Assembly (NCBI GenBank): GCA_035697845.1
Contig: DASSCI010000005.1
Coordinates: 8,262 to 72,261 of the forward strand
Direction of reading: 5' to 3'
DNA from: Candidatus Limnocylindria bacterium
GTDB lineage: Bacteria; Chloroflexota; Limnocylindria; QHBO01
Length of the DNA stretch: 64,000 nt
The translations under genes were made by a program, and so were the position numbers. Positions within the stretch are counted from its first letter, which is position 1, and each line of letters starts with the position of its first letter. The notes under the pieces are model-generated. The model was not told the origin of the DNA, ran no database searches, and saw only the letters and a list, made by a program, of their open reading frames with translations. Shown piece by piece: positions 36,308 to 46,283 of the stretch.

Positions 36308-37641
36308 CCGCCACGCCCGTGCGCGCGCGGCCACGGGCCGTCGCCGCGGCAGCGCCCGGGCACCAGCGGAGCGTGCTCGAGAGCGGCCTTCGCGTCGTCA
36401 CCCAGTCGATGCCCGGCGCCCGCTCGGCCAGCGTGGCCATCTTCGTGCCGGTGGGGTCCCGCCACGAGGACGAGCAGCACGCCGGCCTCTCACACTTCCT
36501 CGAGCACCTCGTCTTCAAGGGAACGCGCGCCCATCCGGAGGCGGGCTCGCTGTCGCAGGTGGTGGAGGGCATCGGCGGCAGCGTCAATGCCAGCACGGAC
36601 CGCGAGCTGACGGTCTTCAGCTCCAAGGTCCCGGCCGAGCACGTCGACACGGCCCTCCACGCCGTCAGTGAGCTGGCGCTCCACCCGCTGCTGAGGCGCC
36701 GCGATCTCGCCGCCGAGAAGCCGGTGATCGTCGACGAGATCCGGATGTACGTCGACTCGCCGTCGGACCACGTCTTCACCCTGTTCGACGAGCTGCTGTA
36801 CGGGCGGCATCCGCTGGGGCGTGAGATCGCCGGCACCATCGGCTCGGTGCGGCGCGCCACGCACGAGGCCGTCGTCGGCCACTGGCGGGCCGCCTACCGG
36901 CCGGGCGCGATGGTCCTCGCGGCCGCCGGCCGCGTCGACCACGACGAGGTCGTCCGCGCCGCAGCCGAGTGGCATGCCGCCGGCCCGCCCGACGTGGGCG
37001 GCCCGCGTCGTCGGCCGCCGGTCGCCGCCCCGGCCCCCGCCCCGGCGCCCGGTGGCGCCCTGCGCGTCTCGCATCGGCGACTGAGCCAGGGCAACCTGTG
37101 CCTGGGCATGCCCGGCGTCGCCCGCGATCATCCGGACAGGTGGGCGCTGGACCTGCTTGGCGCCATCCTCGGCGACGGGATGGGCAGCCGGCTCTTCCTG
37201 GAGCTTCGCGAGCGGCGCTCGCTGGTGTACGACGTCTCGACCTTCAGCGCCAGCTACGCCGATACCGGCACCTTCGGAGTGCATGCCGGCTTCAACCCGG
37301 AGGACGCCGAGCGCGTCGTTCGCGCCGTCCTCGAGCAGCTCGACCGCATCACGACCGATCCGGTCGACGCCGACGAGCTCGAACGTGCGCGCGCCTACAC
37401 TCGCGGCCGCCTCGAGCTGCGCATGGAGGACTCCGGTGCTGTTGCTGGCTGGATCGGCAGCGGCGAGTCGCTGCTGCCGCGAATCCTCACCGTCGACGAG
37501 GTCATCGAGCGCCTCGAGGCCGTCACCGTGGACGACCTCCTTCGCGTGGCGCAGCGCTTCATCGCGCCGTCCGAGGCGAGGCTCGCCGTCCTGGGTCCAT
37601 TCCGATCCCGGAAGCCGTTCGCCCGAGCGCTGCGCTCGTGA
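36304..37641 (+). CDS. M16 family zinc metallopeptidase (insulinase/pitrilysin-like)
   Basis: 445 aa with the inverted zinc-binding motif HFLEHLVFKGT (HxxEH). Confidence 0.8.
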   Translation: MTATPVRARPRAVAAAAPGHQRSVLESGLRVVTQSMPGARSASVAIFVPVGSRHEDEQHAGLSHFLEHLVFKGTRAHPEAGSLSQVVEGIGGSVNASTDRELTVFSSKVPAEHVDTALHAVSELALHPLLRRRDLAAEKPVIVDEIRMYVDSPSDHVFTLFDELLYGRHPLGREIAGTIGSVRRATHEAVVGHWRAAYRPGAMVLAAAGRVDHDEVVRAAAEWHAAGPPDVGGPRRRPPVAAPAPAPAPGGALRVSHRRLSQGNLCLGMPGVARDHPDRWALDLLGAILGDGMGSRLFLELRERRSLVYDVSTFSASYADTGTFGVHAGFNPEDAERVVRAVLEQLDRITTDPVDADELERARAYTRGRLELRMEDSGAVAGWIGSGESLLPRILTVDEVIERLEAVTVDDLLRVAQRFIAPSEARLAVLGPFRSRKPFARALRS

Positions 37642-38447
37642 CCGACGATTCGCACCTCATCGACCTGGTCGCCGATGAGCTCGGCCTTGCGCGCGCCCAG
37701 ATCGACGCCGGCCTCTCGTCGCTGGCCGAGGGCACGCTGCGTCGACGCCTGGCACGGATCGAGGCCGACGGGGGTGCCGACGACGAGGCCGATGCCCTGC
37801 GGCTCCTGCTGGCCGAGGCGCTCTGGCGGCAGGGCCGGTCGATCTCGGCCCGCCACGCGCTGGACGGCATCCGGCCGTCGAGCCCGCAGCGCCGTCTGCC
37901 CATGGCGCTTTTGATCGACGCCGAGACGCTGGCGAACGCCGGGGAGGCGGATCGCGCGGCCGGCGCGCAGGAGCGGCTGCTGGCCGCCATCGGGGTCGAC
38001 GAGGCATTCGCGCTGCGTGGCGGCGTCGAGGGTCGCCTGGCGTGGCCGTTGCCGAGCGCCATCCGGCCCGGCCCGGCCGAGCCGGCGCGGCCGCCATGGT
38101 CGCAGCCCGCTGCCGAGGCGAACGGGGAAGGGAGCCCGGCTGCCGACGACGGGCGCCTCGCGGCGGGGCGCGCGAGGCTCGAAGAGGCGCGCGTCGCCTA
38201 TGTCGCAGGCGACCTCGCGCGCGGCGACTCCGAGATGTCGCTCGCGGTTCGGCTCGATCCGGCCCTCGCCTCCGACGGCGTCGCGATCATCGAGCCGACC
38301 CTCGGCCGGCAGGCGGCGGCGGAGCGTCTGCTACTCTACGGCGACCTGCTCCGTGCCGCGGGACGCGACGTCGAGGCCACCGACGCCTACGACCGCGCCG
38401 CGAACCGCCGGAGCGGATCCACTCGCACCGGGAGACGTTCTTCGTAA
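37638..38447 (+). CDS. Hypothetical Ala/Arg-rich protein, TPR-like repeats (putative)
   Basis: A GTG start at 37638 overlaps the peptidase stop. It ends 1 nt into ndk (taATG). The long upstream extension in the track overlaps the peptidase and was rejected. Confidence 0.45.
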   Translation: MTDDSHLIDLVADELGLARAQIDAGLSSLAEGTLRRRLARIEADGGADDEADALRLLLAEALWRQGRSISARHALDGIRPSSPQRRLPMALLIDAETLANAGEADRAAGAQERLLAAIGVDEAFALRGGVEGRLAWPLPSAIRPGPAEPARPPWSQPAAEANGEGSPAADDGRLAAGRARLEEARVAYVAGDLARGDSEMSLAVRLDPALASDGVAIIEPTLGRQAAAERLLLYGDLLRAAGRDVEATDAYDRAANRRSGSTRTGRRSS

Positions 38448-38914
38448 TGCAGCGCACCCTCGTCCTGGCCAAGCCCGACGCCGTGCAGCGCGGCCTCATC
38501 GGCGAGATCATCGGCCGCTTCGAGCGCAAGGGCCTGAAGGTCGTCGGACTGCGCCTGCTGTCCGTTTCCCGCGAGATGGCGGAGGAGCATTACGCCGTCC
38601 ACGCCGGCAAGCACTTCTACGCGGGCCTCGTCGAGTTCATCACCTCCGGCCCGGTGGCGGCGTTCGCCCTGGAAGGGCCGGATGCGATCGCCGTGGTGCG
38701 CAAGATGGTGGGCAAGACGATGCCGAACGAGGCGGAGCCGGGAACCATCCGTGGCGATCTCGGCATCAGTGGCCTTCGCAACCTCATCCACGCGTCGGAC
38801 GCGCCCGAGACGGCCGCCGCCGAGCTGGCGCTGTGGTTCGGGGCCGATGCGCTCGTCTCCTACGAGCGCGAGATCGATGCGTGGATCGTCGCCGAGGAGC
38901 CGGCCCGCACCTGA
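38447..38914 (+). CDS. ndk: Nucleoside diphosphate kinase
   Basis: MQRTLVLAKPDAVQRGLIGEIIGRFERKGL...NLIHASD (active-site His in NxxHxSD). Confidence 0.9.
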   Translation: MQRTLVLAKPDAVQRGLIGEIIGRFERKGLKVVGLRLLSVSREMAEEHYAVHAGKHFYAGLVEFITSGPVAAFALEGPDAIAVVRKMVGKTMPNEAEPGTIRGDLGISGLRNLIHASDAPETAAAELALWFGADALVSYEREIDAWIVAEEPART

Positions 38915-38930
38915 CCACGCGGACCCGCGG

Positions 38931-39659
38931 CTAGTTCCCCGCCGTCACCGTGTCCAACGCCGGATAGTCCGGGCGCTCGATCAGTCCGACGCGCTCGAGC
39001 GGGAAGTAGCGCAGCCAGGCGCGACCCAGGATGAGGTCCTCGTCGACCGGCCCGAAGACGCGCGAGTCCTGGCTGGAGGGGCGGTTGTCGCCCATCACGA
39101 AGTACTCGTGCTCGCCCACGATCCAGCTCAAGGGGCAATCGGGTCGGCTGCAGATCGTGGGCGAGGTCTCGCCCGAATCGGTCTTGCGCACGTAGGGCTC
39201 GTCGATGCGGACGGGATTCTGGCCCGGCTGCGTGACGAACACGCGCCCGTTCTCCAGGCTGACCGTGTCGCCCGGCATGCCGATGATGCGCTTGATGAAC
39301 GGGACCCCATCGGTCGACAGCCCGGAGCTCGACGGCGGGTTGAAGACGACCACGTCGCCGTAGTGGTAGCCGTCGAACCGGACGGTCAGCTTGTCGATGA
39401 GGATGTATTCGCCGTCGGCGATGGTCGGGAACATCGACGTCTGCTGCACCTCGAACGGCTGGGCCACGAAGTTGTGGATGACGAGGTAGATCAGCAGGGT
39501 CAGGACGAGCGTCTCGACGATCTCGAAGGCGCATCCCAGGGCACGGCGCGAACCGGCGCGCTCGCCGGTGGCGGGCGCGCCGGAATCATCGGTGTCGTCG
39601 GGGACGTAGGTCATGACGCCTGGGCTGCGGGGGACGGCCGCGACAGGATAGCGCACCAC
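38931..39659 (-). CDS. lepB: Signal peptidase I (S26 family)
   Basis: 242 aa with a TM anchor. QTSMFPTIADGEYILIDK (catalytic Ser box SMxPT), VVFNPP, FIKRIIGMPGDTV and FVMGDNRPSSQDSR (box E) match LepB. The alternative start at M16 is 39614. Confidence 0.85.
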   Translation of the reverse strand: MVRYPVAAVPRSPGVMTYVPDDTDDSGAPATGERAGSRRALGCAFEIVETLVLTLLIYLVIHNFVAQPFEVQQTSMFPTIADGEYILIDKLTVRFDGYHYGDVVVFNPPSSSGLSTDGVPFIKRIIGMPGDTVSLENGRVFVTQPGQNPVRIDEPYVRKTDSGETSPTICSRPDCPLSWIVGEHEYFVMGDNRPSSQDSRVFGPVDEDLILGRAWLRYFPLERVGLIERPDYPALDTVTAGN

Positions 39660-39679
39660 CCGGCTAGACTCGCAGGCCC

Positions 39680-40321
39680 ATGGGCAGCCTCATTTTGGTG
39701 CGTCACTCGACCACGGCCGCCTCGGCCGCGGGCCGCAATCTCGGTCGGAGCGACGACCCGCCACTGGCCACCGAGGGCGCGAATCTTGCCGCCCGCCTGG
39801 CCCAGACGCTGTCCACCGAACTGGCCGAGCTGCCCCACGACGAGCTGCGGCTGCTGAGCAGCCCCGCACTCCGCTGCCGCCAGACGGCCGCGCCGATCGC
39901 GACGGCGCTGGGGATGCCGGAGCGTGCGGTCGAGCTCGACGGCCGGCTGATGGAGATCGACTACGGCGCCTGGGACGGGCTGACCGCCGAGGAGTGCCAC
40001 GCTCGCGACCCGGAGCTTCGCGCCGCGTGGGAGGCGGACCCGTACGCGACCCGCTGCCCCGATGGCGAAAGTGGCGCGGATGTTGCATTGCGGGCCTTCG
40101 CGATACTCGAGCCGCTCGAGGCCTGGCTTGCGGAGGACCGTGCCCGATGTGCGATCGTCGTGGCTCACAACCACGTGAACCGACTTCGGTTATGCGCCCT
40201 GCTGGGTTGGCCGATGCGCGAGTACCGCGACCGGCTGGCGCAGGATCCGGCCGGCTACAGCCTCATCGGCCTCGGCGGCGACACGCCGGTCATCCGTCGC
40301 GTCAACGCCGCTCCGGCCTGA
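39680..40321 (+). CDS. Histidine phosphatase superfamily protein (phosphoglycerate-mutase-like)
   Basis: 213 aa. LILVRHSTT (RHG-type motif) and a downstream His at AHNH suggest the family. A TAGACT -10-like element lies 9 nt upstream of the ATG, suggesting a leaderless mRNA. Confidence 0.65.
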   Translation: MGSLILVRHSTTAASAAGRNLGRSDDPPLATEGANLAARLAQTLSTELAELPHDELRLLSSPALRCRQTAAPIATALGMPERAVELDGRLMEIDYGAWDGLTAEECHARDPELRAAWEADPYATRCPDGESGADVALRAFAILEPLEAWLAEDRARCAIVVAHNHVNRLRLCALLGWPMREYRDRLAQDPAGYSLIGLGGDTPVIRRVNAAPA

Positions 40322-40386
40322 CCGCCTTGGGGCCGATCGGGCCCCGGAACCTATAATTCTTCCTTCCCACACTCTTGCGAGGTCCG

Positions 40387-41805
40387 ATGTCCGTCGAGAT
40401 CAGCCAGCAGCTTCAGCCGGTGATGCACGTCAAGGTCACCCCGAAGCAGATCGCGGCGAACTACATCCTCCAGATGAGCTCCGTCGAGCTTCAGGAGGCG
40501 ATCGCGCAAGAGCTCGACGAGAACCCTGCGCTCGAGATGCAGGAGCAGGCGACCTGCCCGATCTGCGGCAGCCCGATCGCGGGCAACTACTGCACCGAGT
40601 GCATGCCGCGCAAGGCAGAGGACGCCGAGGACGGCGGTCGCCTCACGAGCGCCGATGACCTCCCTGGCGACGGTCAGACCCGGCTGCGCGACGAGGCCGA
40701 CGAGTTCGACCCGATCGCTCGGGCCGAGGCCGACTTCACGCTGGAGGACCACCTGACCTGGAACCTGCATGCGCTCCTGCCGTCACGCCTGCACCCGGTC
40801 GCCGACCACGTCATCGGCGCGCTCGACTCGAACGGCTTCCTGACCCAGACCGATGTCGAGATCGCCGACGCCACGGGCGTCACGGTCGACGACGTCGAGG
40901 AAGTGCTGGCAGCGATGAAGGGGCTCGAGCCGATCGGCATCGGCTCACGCTCCATCACCGAGTCGTTGCTGGCGCAGATCGAGTACCTGCGCGAGCAGGG
41001 CGAGGTGGAGATTCCGGCTCGCGCCGAGGAGGTCGTCGGGCAACACCTGGCGGACCTCGGCGAACGCCGTTTCCGCGAGGTTGCCGCATCGGTCGGGATC
41101 ACCCAGCGCGACGTCATCGGCGTCTGGGAGTTCGTGAAGGGCAACCTCAATCCCTATCCGACGGCCGCCTTCACCGCCGCGGTCAGCCCCGACGCCTCCC
41201 GCCCGATCATCCGGCCCGACGTCCTGATCCGGGACATCGACGGCGAGCTCACCGTCGAGGTCGTCGAGTCGCGTCGCTTCAGCCTCCGCGTGGCGCCGAT
41301 CTACTCGAGCCTGAGCTCGAAGCTGCGCAGCAACGAGACCACCGAGGTCGAGAAGCAGCACGTCCGCCAGTACGTGGGCCGCGCGAAGTTCTTCATCGAC
41401 AACATCAATCGCCGCCGTGCCACGATCCAGCGCATCGCCGAGGCGCTGGTGGATCGTCAGCGCGACTATCTCGTCAACGGCGTCCAGCACCTCGTGCCCC
41501 TGACGCGAGCCGAGGTCGGCGAGCTGATCGGCATGCATGAGTCCACCGTCAGCCGTGCCACCGCCGAGAAGTACGTGATGATCCCATCCGGCGAGGTCGT
41601 GCCCTTCAGCCACTTCTTCACCGCCTCGCTGGGGGTGAAGGACCAGATCAAGCGCATGATCGAGGCCGAGGATCCGAAGCATCCGCTCTCGGACCAGGAG
41701 ATCGCCGACGCGCTGGCCGAAGAGGGGATCGCGCTGGCACGTCGAACCGTCGCCAAGTACCGCGACGAGCTGCAGATCCTCCCAGCGCGCCTCCGACATC
41801 GCTAG
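40387..41805 (+). CDS. rpoN: RNA polymerase sigma-54 factor with a C4 zinc-ribbon insertion in the variable region II
   Basis: The Gln-rich region I (SQQLQPV...LQMSSVELQEAIAQELDENPALE), the C-terminal HTH and the RpoN box ARRTVAKYRDELQI are present. CPICGSPIAGNYCTEC is inserted after region I. Confidence 0.85.
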   Translation: MSVEISQQLQPVMHVKVTPKQIAANYILQMSSVELQEAIAQELDENPALEMQEQATCPICGSPIAGNYCTECMPRKAEDAEDGGRLTSADDLPGDGQTRLRDEADEFDPIARAEADFTLEDHLTWNLHALLPSRLHPVADHVIGALDSNGFLTQTDVEIADATGVTVDDVEEVLAAMKGLEPIGIGSRSITESLLAQIEYLREQGEVEIPARAEEVVGQHLADLGERRFREVAASVGITQRDVIGVWEFVKGNLNPYPTAAFTAAVSPDASRPIIRPDVLIRDIDGELTVEVVESRRFSLRVAPIYSSLSSKLRSNETTEVEKQHVRQYVGRAKFFIDNINRRRATIQRIAEALVDRQRDYLVNGVQHLVPLTRAEVGELIGMHESTVSRATAEKYVMIPSGEVVPFSHFFTASLGVKDQIKRMIEAEDPKHPLSDQEIADALAEEGIALARRTVAKYRDELQILPARLRHR

Positions 41806-41826
41806 CGACCGTCGGTCGCGGCGCCG

Positions 41827-43869
41827 ATGCGGTCGGTGATCCTCCGCAGCCTCCTCGTCATCGGCGTGGGAGGGTTGGTCCTGGCTGGCCTCCTGTACGT
41901 CGCGAGCACGATCGATGCTCGCGCGCCGCAGGTGCTGGAGGTGAACCTGACCCAGCCGGTCGAGGGCGAGCCCGACGTCGCGCTCATCACCACCAGCCTC
42001 GAGATCGTCTTCAGCGAGCCGGTCGAGCCGGACACCGCCTCCGGGGCGCTTGAGGTGCAGCCCGACGTCGACGGGGCGGTGAGCTGGAGCGGGAGCACCA
42101 TGATCTTCACGCCGAGCGAACCGCTGACGCTCGACGCCGCCTACCGTCTCGAGCTCGGGGCCGGCATCCGCGACCTTGCCGGCAACGAGATGAGTGAGCC
42201 GCCGCCGCCATTCGAGTTCCGCACGGCCGGCCGGCCGACCCTCGTCGAGGCGTCCCCGGCCGATGGCGCCACCGACGTGCCGATCGACGAGCCGATCGCG
42301 CTGACCTTCTCGAGCCTGATGGACACCTCGTCCGTCGAGAGCGCCCTGCGTCTGCGGCCCTCGTTCCCTCACGAGCTGCGCTGGAGCGGCGAGCTGCTGG
42401 AGATCGTTCCGATGCAGCCGCTTCGACCGGGCTCGTCGTACGAGGTGAGCATCCAGGACGATGCCACCGACGTCGCCGGCGTCGCCCTGTCCGAGCCGAT
42501 CTCCCTCCGATTCACGACCGTCGCACCCGGTCTCGCGGTGGAGACCCTCGTGCCGGCCGATGGCATCGACGGCGTGGCGCCCTTCTCGCCCATCGCCATC
42601 GTCTTCGACCGGCCGGTCGACGCCGACTCCGTCGACGGCGACGCACTCACCATCACGCCGGATGTCGCGGGCAGCGTCTCGGTCACGACCCTCCCCGGCG
42701 AGGAGGCGACCGACGACGGCGGTGGCCGCGTGCTGCAGTTCGTGCCGTCAGGGCCGCTTCCGGCGAACACCACCTTCGAGGTGGCGCTGGGCACCGGCGT
42801 CACGAGCGCGGGAGGCGGCGGGCTGGGTCGAACCACGGAGTGGAGCTTCACGACCGGCGCGCCCGTGGCCGCCATCTCGAACCAGGTCACCTTCGTGACC
42901 GACCGCGCGGGCATCGCCAACGTGTGGGCAATGAACCCCGATGGCACCGGCAAGCGCCAGCTGACCGTCGAGCTCGCCCCGGTCCTCGACTATGCGGTCG
43001 CGCCGGATGGCAGCTCCCTGGTGGTCAGCGACGGGCGGCGCCTCGTCTACCAGCGCGCCGATGGGACCGAGCGGCGCGTCCTGACCGACGCCGCCAGCGT
43101 CGAGTACGACCCCGCCTACGCGCCGGATGGGCAACGCATCGTCTTCGGCCGCGCGGACGCCGAATCGGGCGCCGGCCGCGGCCTGTGGCAGTGGCAGGTC
43201 GAGGGCGGCGAGCCCACGGAGCTCGAGCTGCCATCGGCGGAGGTCGCCTCGCCGTCGCCCAGCACCGCCGACGCCGAGTCCTCGATCCTGCGCGCGCCGC
43301 GCTTCTCCCCGGATGGGCAGGCGCTGGCCTTCGTCGACGCCAGCGGTGCGGTCGGCATTCTCGAGCTGGCCGCGGAACGCCTGACTGTCGTGCCGTTCGT
43401 CGCCGGCGGGCCGCCGCTGTGGCTGCCCTCATCGAGCGGCATCCTCATCACCGGCCACACCACCCAGGGTGCCGGTCAGGGCGACGGCGACGAGCTCGAC
43501 GTGCCGGTGACGCCGCTGGCGCCCGGCCGCGCGGACCAGGTCTTCCGTGTCGCGCGGTCCGGCACGGCAGCCGCCGCGACCGCGTTCGGCATCGGCTCGC
43601 GACTGGTCGCGGTGTCCCAGGAGGGCGAGGTCGCCTACGTCGATGGCCTGGGCAGGCTGCACGTGGCGGCGCGCTCCGGGTCGACGAGCGGGGAGGAAGT
43701 GCTCGGTGGAGAGGCGGTCGCCGACGCGGCGTTCGCCCCCGGCGAGCCGGCGCTCGTGGTCGTGCTGGAGCGCGGCGAAACCGATGGTCCGGTCGAACGC
43801 GTCGACCCGGCCAGCGGCGCTCGGACCGAGATCGCCCCTCGCGGCTCGCTGCCGCGCTGGGTGCCGTGA
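41827..43869 (+). CDS. Membrane-anchored surface protein with repeated bacterial Ig-like domains and a C-terminal TolB-like (PD40) beta-propeller
   Basis: 680 aa with an N-terminal TM helix. The Ig-like units (...VEASPADGATDVPIDEPIALTFS...) recur three times, and C-terminal ...PDGQ..., ...SPDG... repeats are propeller-like. Confidence 0.6.
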   Translation: MRSVILRSLLVIGVGGLVLAGLLYVASTIDARAPQVLEVNLTQPVEGEPDVALITTSLEIVFSEPVEPDTASGALEVQPDVDGAVSWSGSTMIFTPSEPLTLDAAYRLELGAGIRDLAGNEMSEPPPPFEFRTAGRPTLVEASPADGATDVPIDEPIALTFSSLMDTSSVESALRLRPSFPHELRWSGELLEIVPMQPLRPGSSYEVSIQDDATDVAGVALSEPISLRFTTVAPGLAVETLVPADGIDGVAPFSPIAIVFDRPVDADSVDGDALTITPDVAGSVSVTTLPGEEATDDGGGRVLQFVPSGPLPANTTFEVALGTGVTSAGGGGLGRTTEWSFTTGAPVAAISNQVTFVTDRAGIANVWAMNPDGTGKRQLTVELAPVLDYAVAPDGSSLVVSDGRRLVYQRADGTERRVLTDAASVEYDPAYAPDGQRIVFGRADAESGAGRGLWQWQVEGGEPTELELPSAEVASPSPSTADAESSILRAPRFSPDGQALAFVDASGAVGILELAAERLTVVPFVAGGPPLWLPSSSGILITGHTTQGAGQGDGDELDVPVTPLAPGRADQVFRVARSGTAAAATAFGIGSRLVAVSQEGEVAYVDGLGRLHVAARSGSTSGEEVLGGEAVADAAFAPGEPALVVVLERGETDGPVERVDPASGARTEIAPRGSLPRWVP

Positions 43870-43889
43870 ATCGCCCGGGCGCGACCTGC

Positions 43890-43917
43890 TAGAATCCGCC
43901 CGCCAGCGCTGGCGGGC
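43890..43917 (+). promoter_or_regulatory. Putative promoter -10 element (TAGAAT) followed by a perfect 20 bp palindrome GCCCGCCAGCGCTGGCGGGC, ~100 nt upstream of hppA
   Basis: TAGAAT is at 43890..43895 and the palindrome at 43898..43917. Similar GC-rich hairpins follow the -10 elements of greA and rrn. Confidence 0.4.
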
Positions 43918-44015
43918 ACGAGACATGCTCCGTCCCCCGCCGGCGTTTCGTGTGCGACAAACCCCGGCCGTTCAGCGCGCCCACTTGGAGGCCGCCGGCC
44001 GCACTCGGAGGATCC

Positions 44016-46235
44016 ATGGAGCTCCAGCCCATCACGTTCGTGATCCCGCTCGCCGGGCTCGCCGCCATCGCCTTTGCGCTCTACCTCGCCTGGGACGTCC
44101 TGCGGGCCGACACGGGCACCGATGCGATGCGCGACATCGCCGGCATCATCTTCGAGGGCGCGGTGGCCTTCATCCGCCGCCAGTACCTGACCATCGGGGT
44201 GCTTGCCCTCGGTGGCGCGGTCGTCATCGGCGCCGTCATCAGCCTCGTCGAGGGCAGCGAGGTGGCCGACACGAGCATCTTCGGCTTCGACCTCGGTTGG
44301 CGCACGGCCATCGCATTCCTCGTGGGAGCGGCGTGCTCGATGGCGTCGGGCATCATCGGCATGTACATCAGCGTCAAGGCGAACGTGCGCACCGCGGCTG
44401 CGGCCCAGCACAGCCTGGTTCGCGCGGTGCAGGTTGCCATGCGCGGAGGGGCCGTCTCCGGCTTCCTGGTGGTCGCGCTCAGCCTGCTCGGGGTGTACGG
44501 GATCTTCGCTGCGTTCGGCGGCTTCACGAATCCCGATGAGGCGCCATTCCTGATCGTGGGCTTCGGCTTCGGCGCCTCGTTCGTGGCGCTCTTCGCGCAG
44601 CTCGGCGGCGGAATCTACACCAAGGCCGCCGACGTCGGTGCGGACCTCGTCGGCAAAGTGGAGGCCGGCATCCCCGAGGACGACCCGCGCAACGCGGCCG
44701 TCGTGGCGGACCTGGTTGGCGACAACGTCGGCGACTGCGCGGGACGCGGCGCCGACCTCTTCGAGTCGACGGCGGCCGAGAACATCGGCGCCATGATCCT
44801 CGGCGTGGCGGTCTACGGGCTGGCCGTCGCCAGCAACTGGCCGCATCCGGAGCTGTGGATCTTCTTCCCGCTCGTCGTCCGCGGCTTCGGCCTGCTGGCG
44901 ACCATCGTGGCCATGTTCTTCGTCCGCGGGCGCGAGGACGAGAACCCGATGAACATCCTGAACCGGGGCTACTGGGCCACCACGATCCTGTCCGTCGCAG
45001 GCCTTGCCCTCACCACGTACGTGATGATGGACACCGGTGGTCAGCTGCCGGACAACGGCATCCCGCCGTGGGTCTGGTTCTTCGGCGCCGGCATCATCGG
45101 CCTCGCCACCAGCGTCGCGTTCGTCTACATCACCCAGTACTACACCGCCGGCTCGTTCCGTCCGGTGCGCGAGATCGCCGAGGCCTCGAAGACGGGTCCG
45201 GCGACGAACATCATCAGTGGAACGGCGGTCGGCTTCGAGACGACGGCGGTGACCGCCATCACCATCGGCATCGCCCTGTTTGCGAGTCACTGGCTCGGCG
45301 AGCAGGCCTTCGCCGGCATCGAGGGCGCCCGTAACGGCGGCATCTTCGGGACGGCGGTGGCCACCATGGGCATGCTCATGACGACCGCCTACATCCTGGC
45401 CATGGACACGTTCGGCCCGATCACCGACAACGCCGGCGGCATCGCGCAGTTCAGCCATGCCGAGGCGGGTGCCCGTGAGATCACGGACAACCTTGATGCG
45501 GTCGGCAACACGACGAAGGCGCTCACCAAGGGCTACGCCATCGCGTCGGCGTCGCTGGCCGCCTTCCTCCTGTTCAGCGCCTACATCGACAAGGTCAACC
45601 TCATCCTGGAGCGCCAGATCGAGAACGGCCTGCGCGAGGCCGGGACGCTGCTCGAGTCGGTGGACCTCGCCAACGTGGACGTGTTCATCGCGGCCATGAT
45701 CGGCGCCATGCTGGTCTACTTCTTCTCCAGCCTTGCCATCCGGGCCGTCGGCACGGCGGCACAGGCGATCATCATCGAAGTGCGGCGCCAGTTCCGCGAG
45801 ATGCCGGGGATCATGGACTACACCCAGCGCCCGGACTATGCGCGCGTCGTCGACATCACAACGCAGGCCGCGCTGCGCCAGATGGTCCTGCCCGGCGTCG
45901 TTGCCGTCGCCACGCCCATCATCGTCGGGCTGCTGCTCGGCCACGAGGCCGTCGCGGGCCTGCTCATGGTCGGCACCATCGCCGGCGTCCTGCTCGCCAC
46001 CGTCCTCAACAACGGCGGAGGTGCGTGGGACAACGCCAAGAAGTACATCGAATCGGGCCAGCTGAAGGACGCGGCCGGCAACGTGCTCGGCAAGGGTTCA
46101 GAGGCACACGCGGCCGCAGTCGTGGGTGACACGGTCGGTGACCCGTTCAAGGACACGGCCGGCCCGTCGCTCCACGTCCTGGTGAAGCTGCTGGCGACGA
46201 TCACCCTGGTGCTCGCACCGCTCTTCATCCGCTAG
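44016..46235 (+). CDS. hppA: Membrane-bound pyrophosphate-energised proton/sodium pump (K+-type H+-PPase family)
   Basis: 739 aa from MELQPITFVIPLAG with ~16 TM helices. GGGIYTKAADVGADLVGKVE, DNVGDCAGRGADLFES and the C-terminal GDTVGDPFKDTAGPSL are H+-PPase motifs. SD GGAGGA lies upstream. Confidence 0.9.
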   Translation: MELQPITFVIPLAGLAAIAFALYLAWDVLRADTGTDAMRDIAGIIFEGAVAFIRRQYLTIGVLALGGAVVIGAVISLVEGSEVADTSIFGFDLGWRTAIAFLVGAACSMASGIIGMYISVKANVRTAAAAQHSLVRAVQVAMRGGAVSGFLVVALSLLGVYGIFAAFGGFTNPDEAPFLIVGFGFGASFVALFAQLGGGIYTKAADVGADLVGKVEAGIPEDDPRNAAVVADLVGDNVGDCAGRGADLFESTAAENIGAMILGVAVYGLAVASNWPHPELWIFFPLVVRGFGLLATIVAMFFVRGREDENPMNILNRGYWATTILSVAGLALTTYVMMDTGGQLPDNGIPPWVWFFGAGIIGLATSVAFVYITQYYTAGSFRPVREIAEASKTGPATNIISGTAVGFETTAVTAITIGIALFASHWLGEQAFAGIEGARNGGIFGTAVATMGMLMTTAYILAMDTFGPITDNAGGIAQFSHAEAGAREITDNLDAVGNTTKALTKGYAIASASLAAFLLFSAYIDKVNLILERQIENGLREAGTLLESVDLANVDVFIAAMIGAMLVYFFSSLAIRAVGTAAQAIIIEVRRQFREMPGIMDYTQRPDYARVVDITTQAALRQMVLPGVVAVATPIIVGLLLGHEAVAGLLMVGTIAGVLLATVLNNGGGAWDNAKKYIESGQLKDAAGNVLGKGSEAHAAAVVGDTVGDPFKDTAGPSLHVLVKLLATITLVLAPLFIR

Positions 46236-46283
46236 GGAATTCCGAGGCCGCCGCGTTCCCGACGCGGCGGCCTCATCACACGC

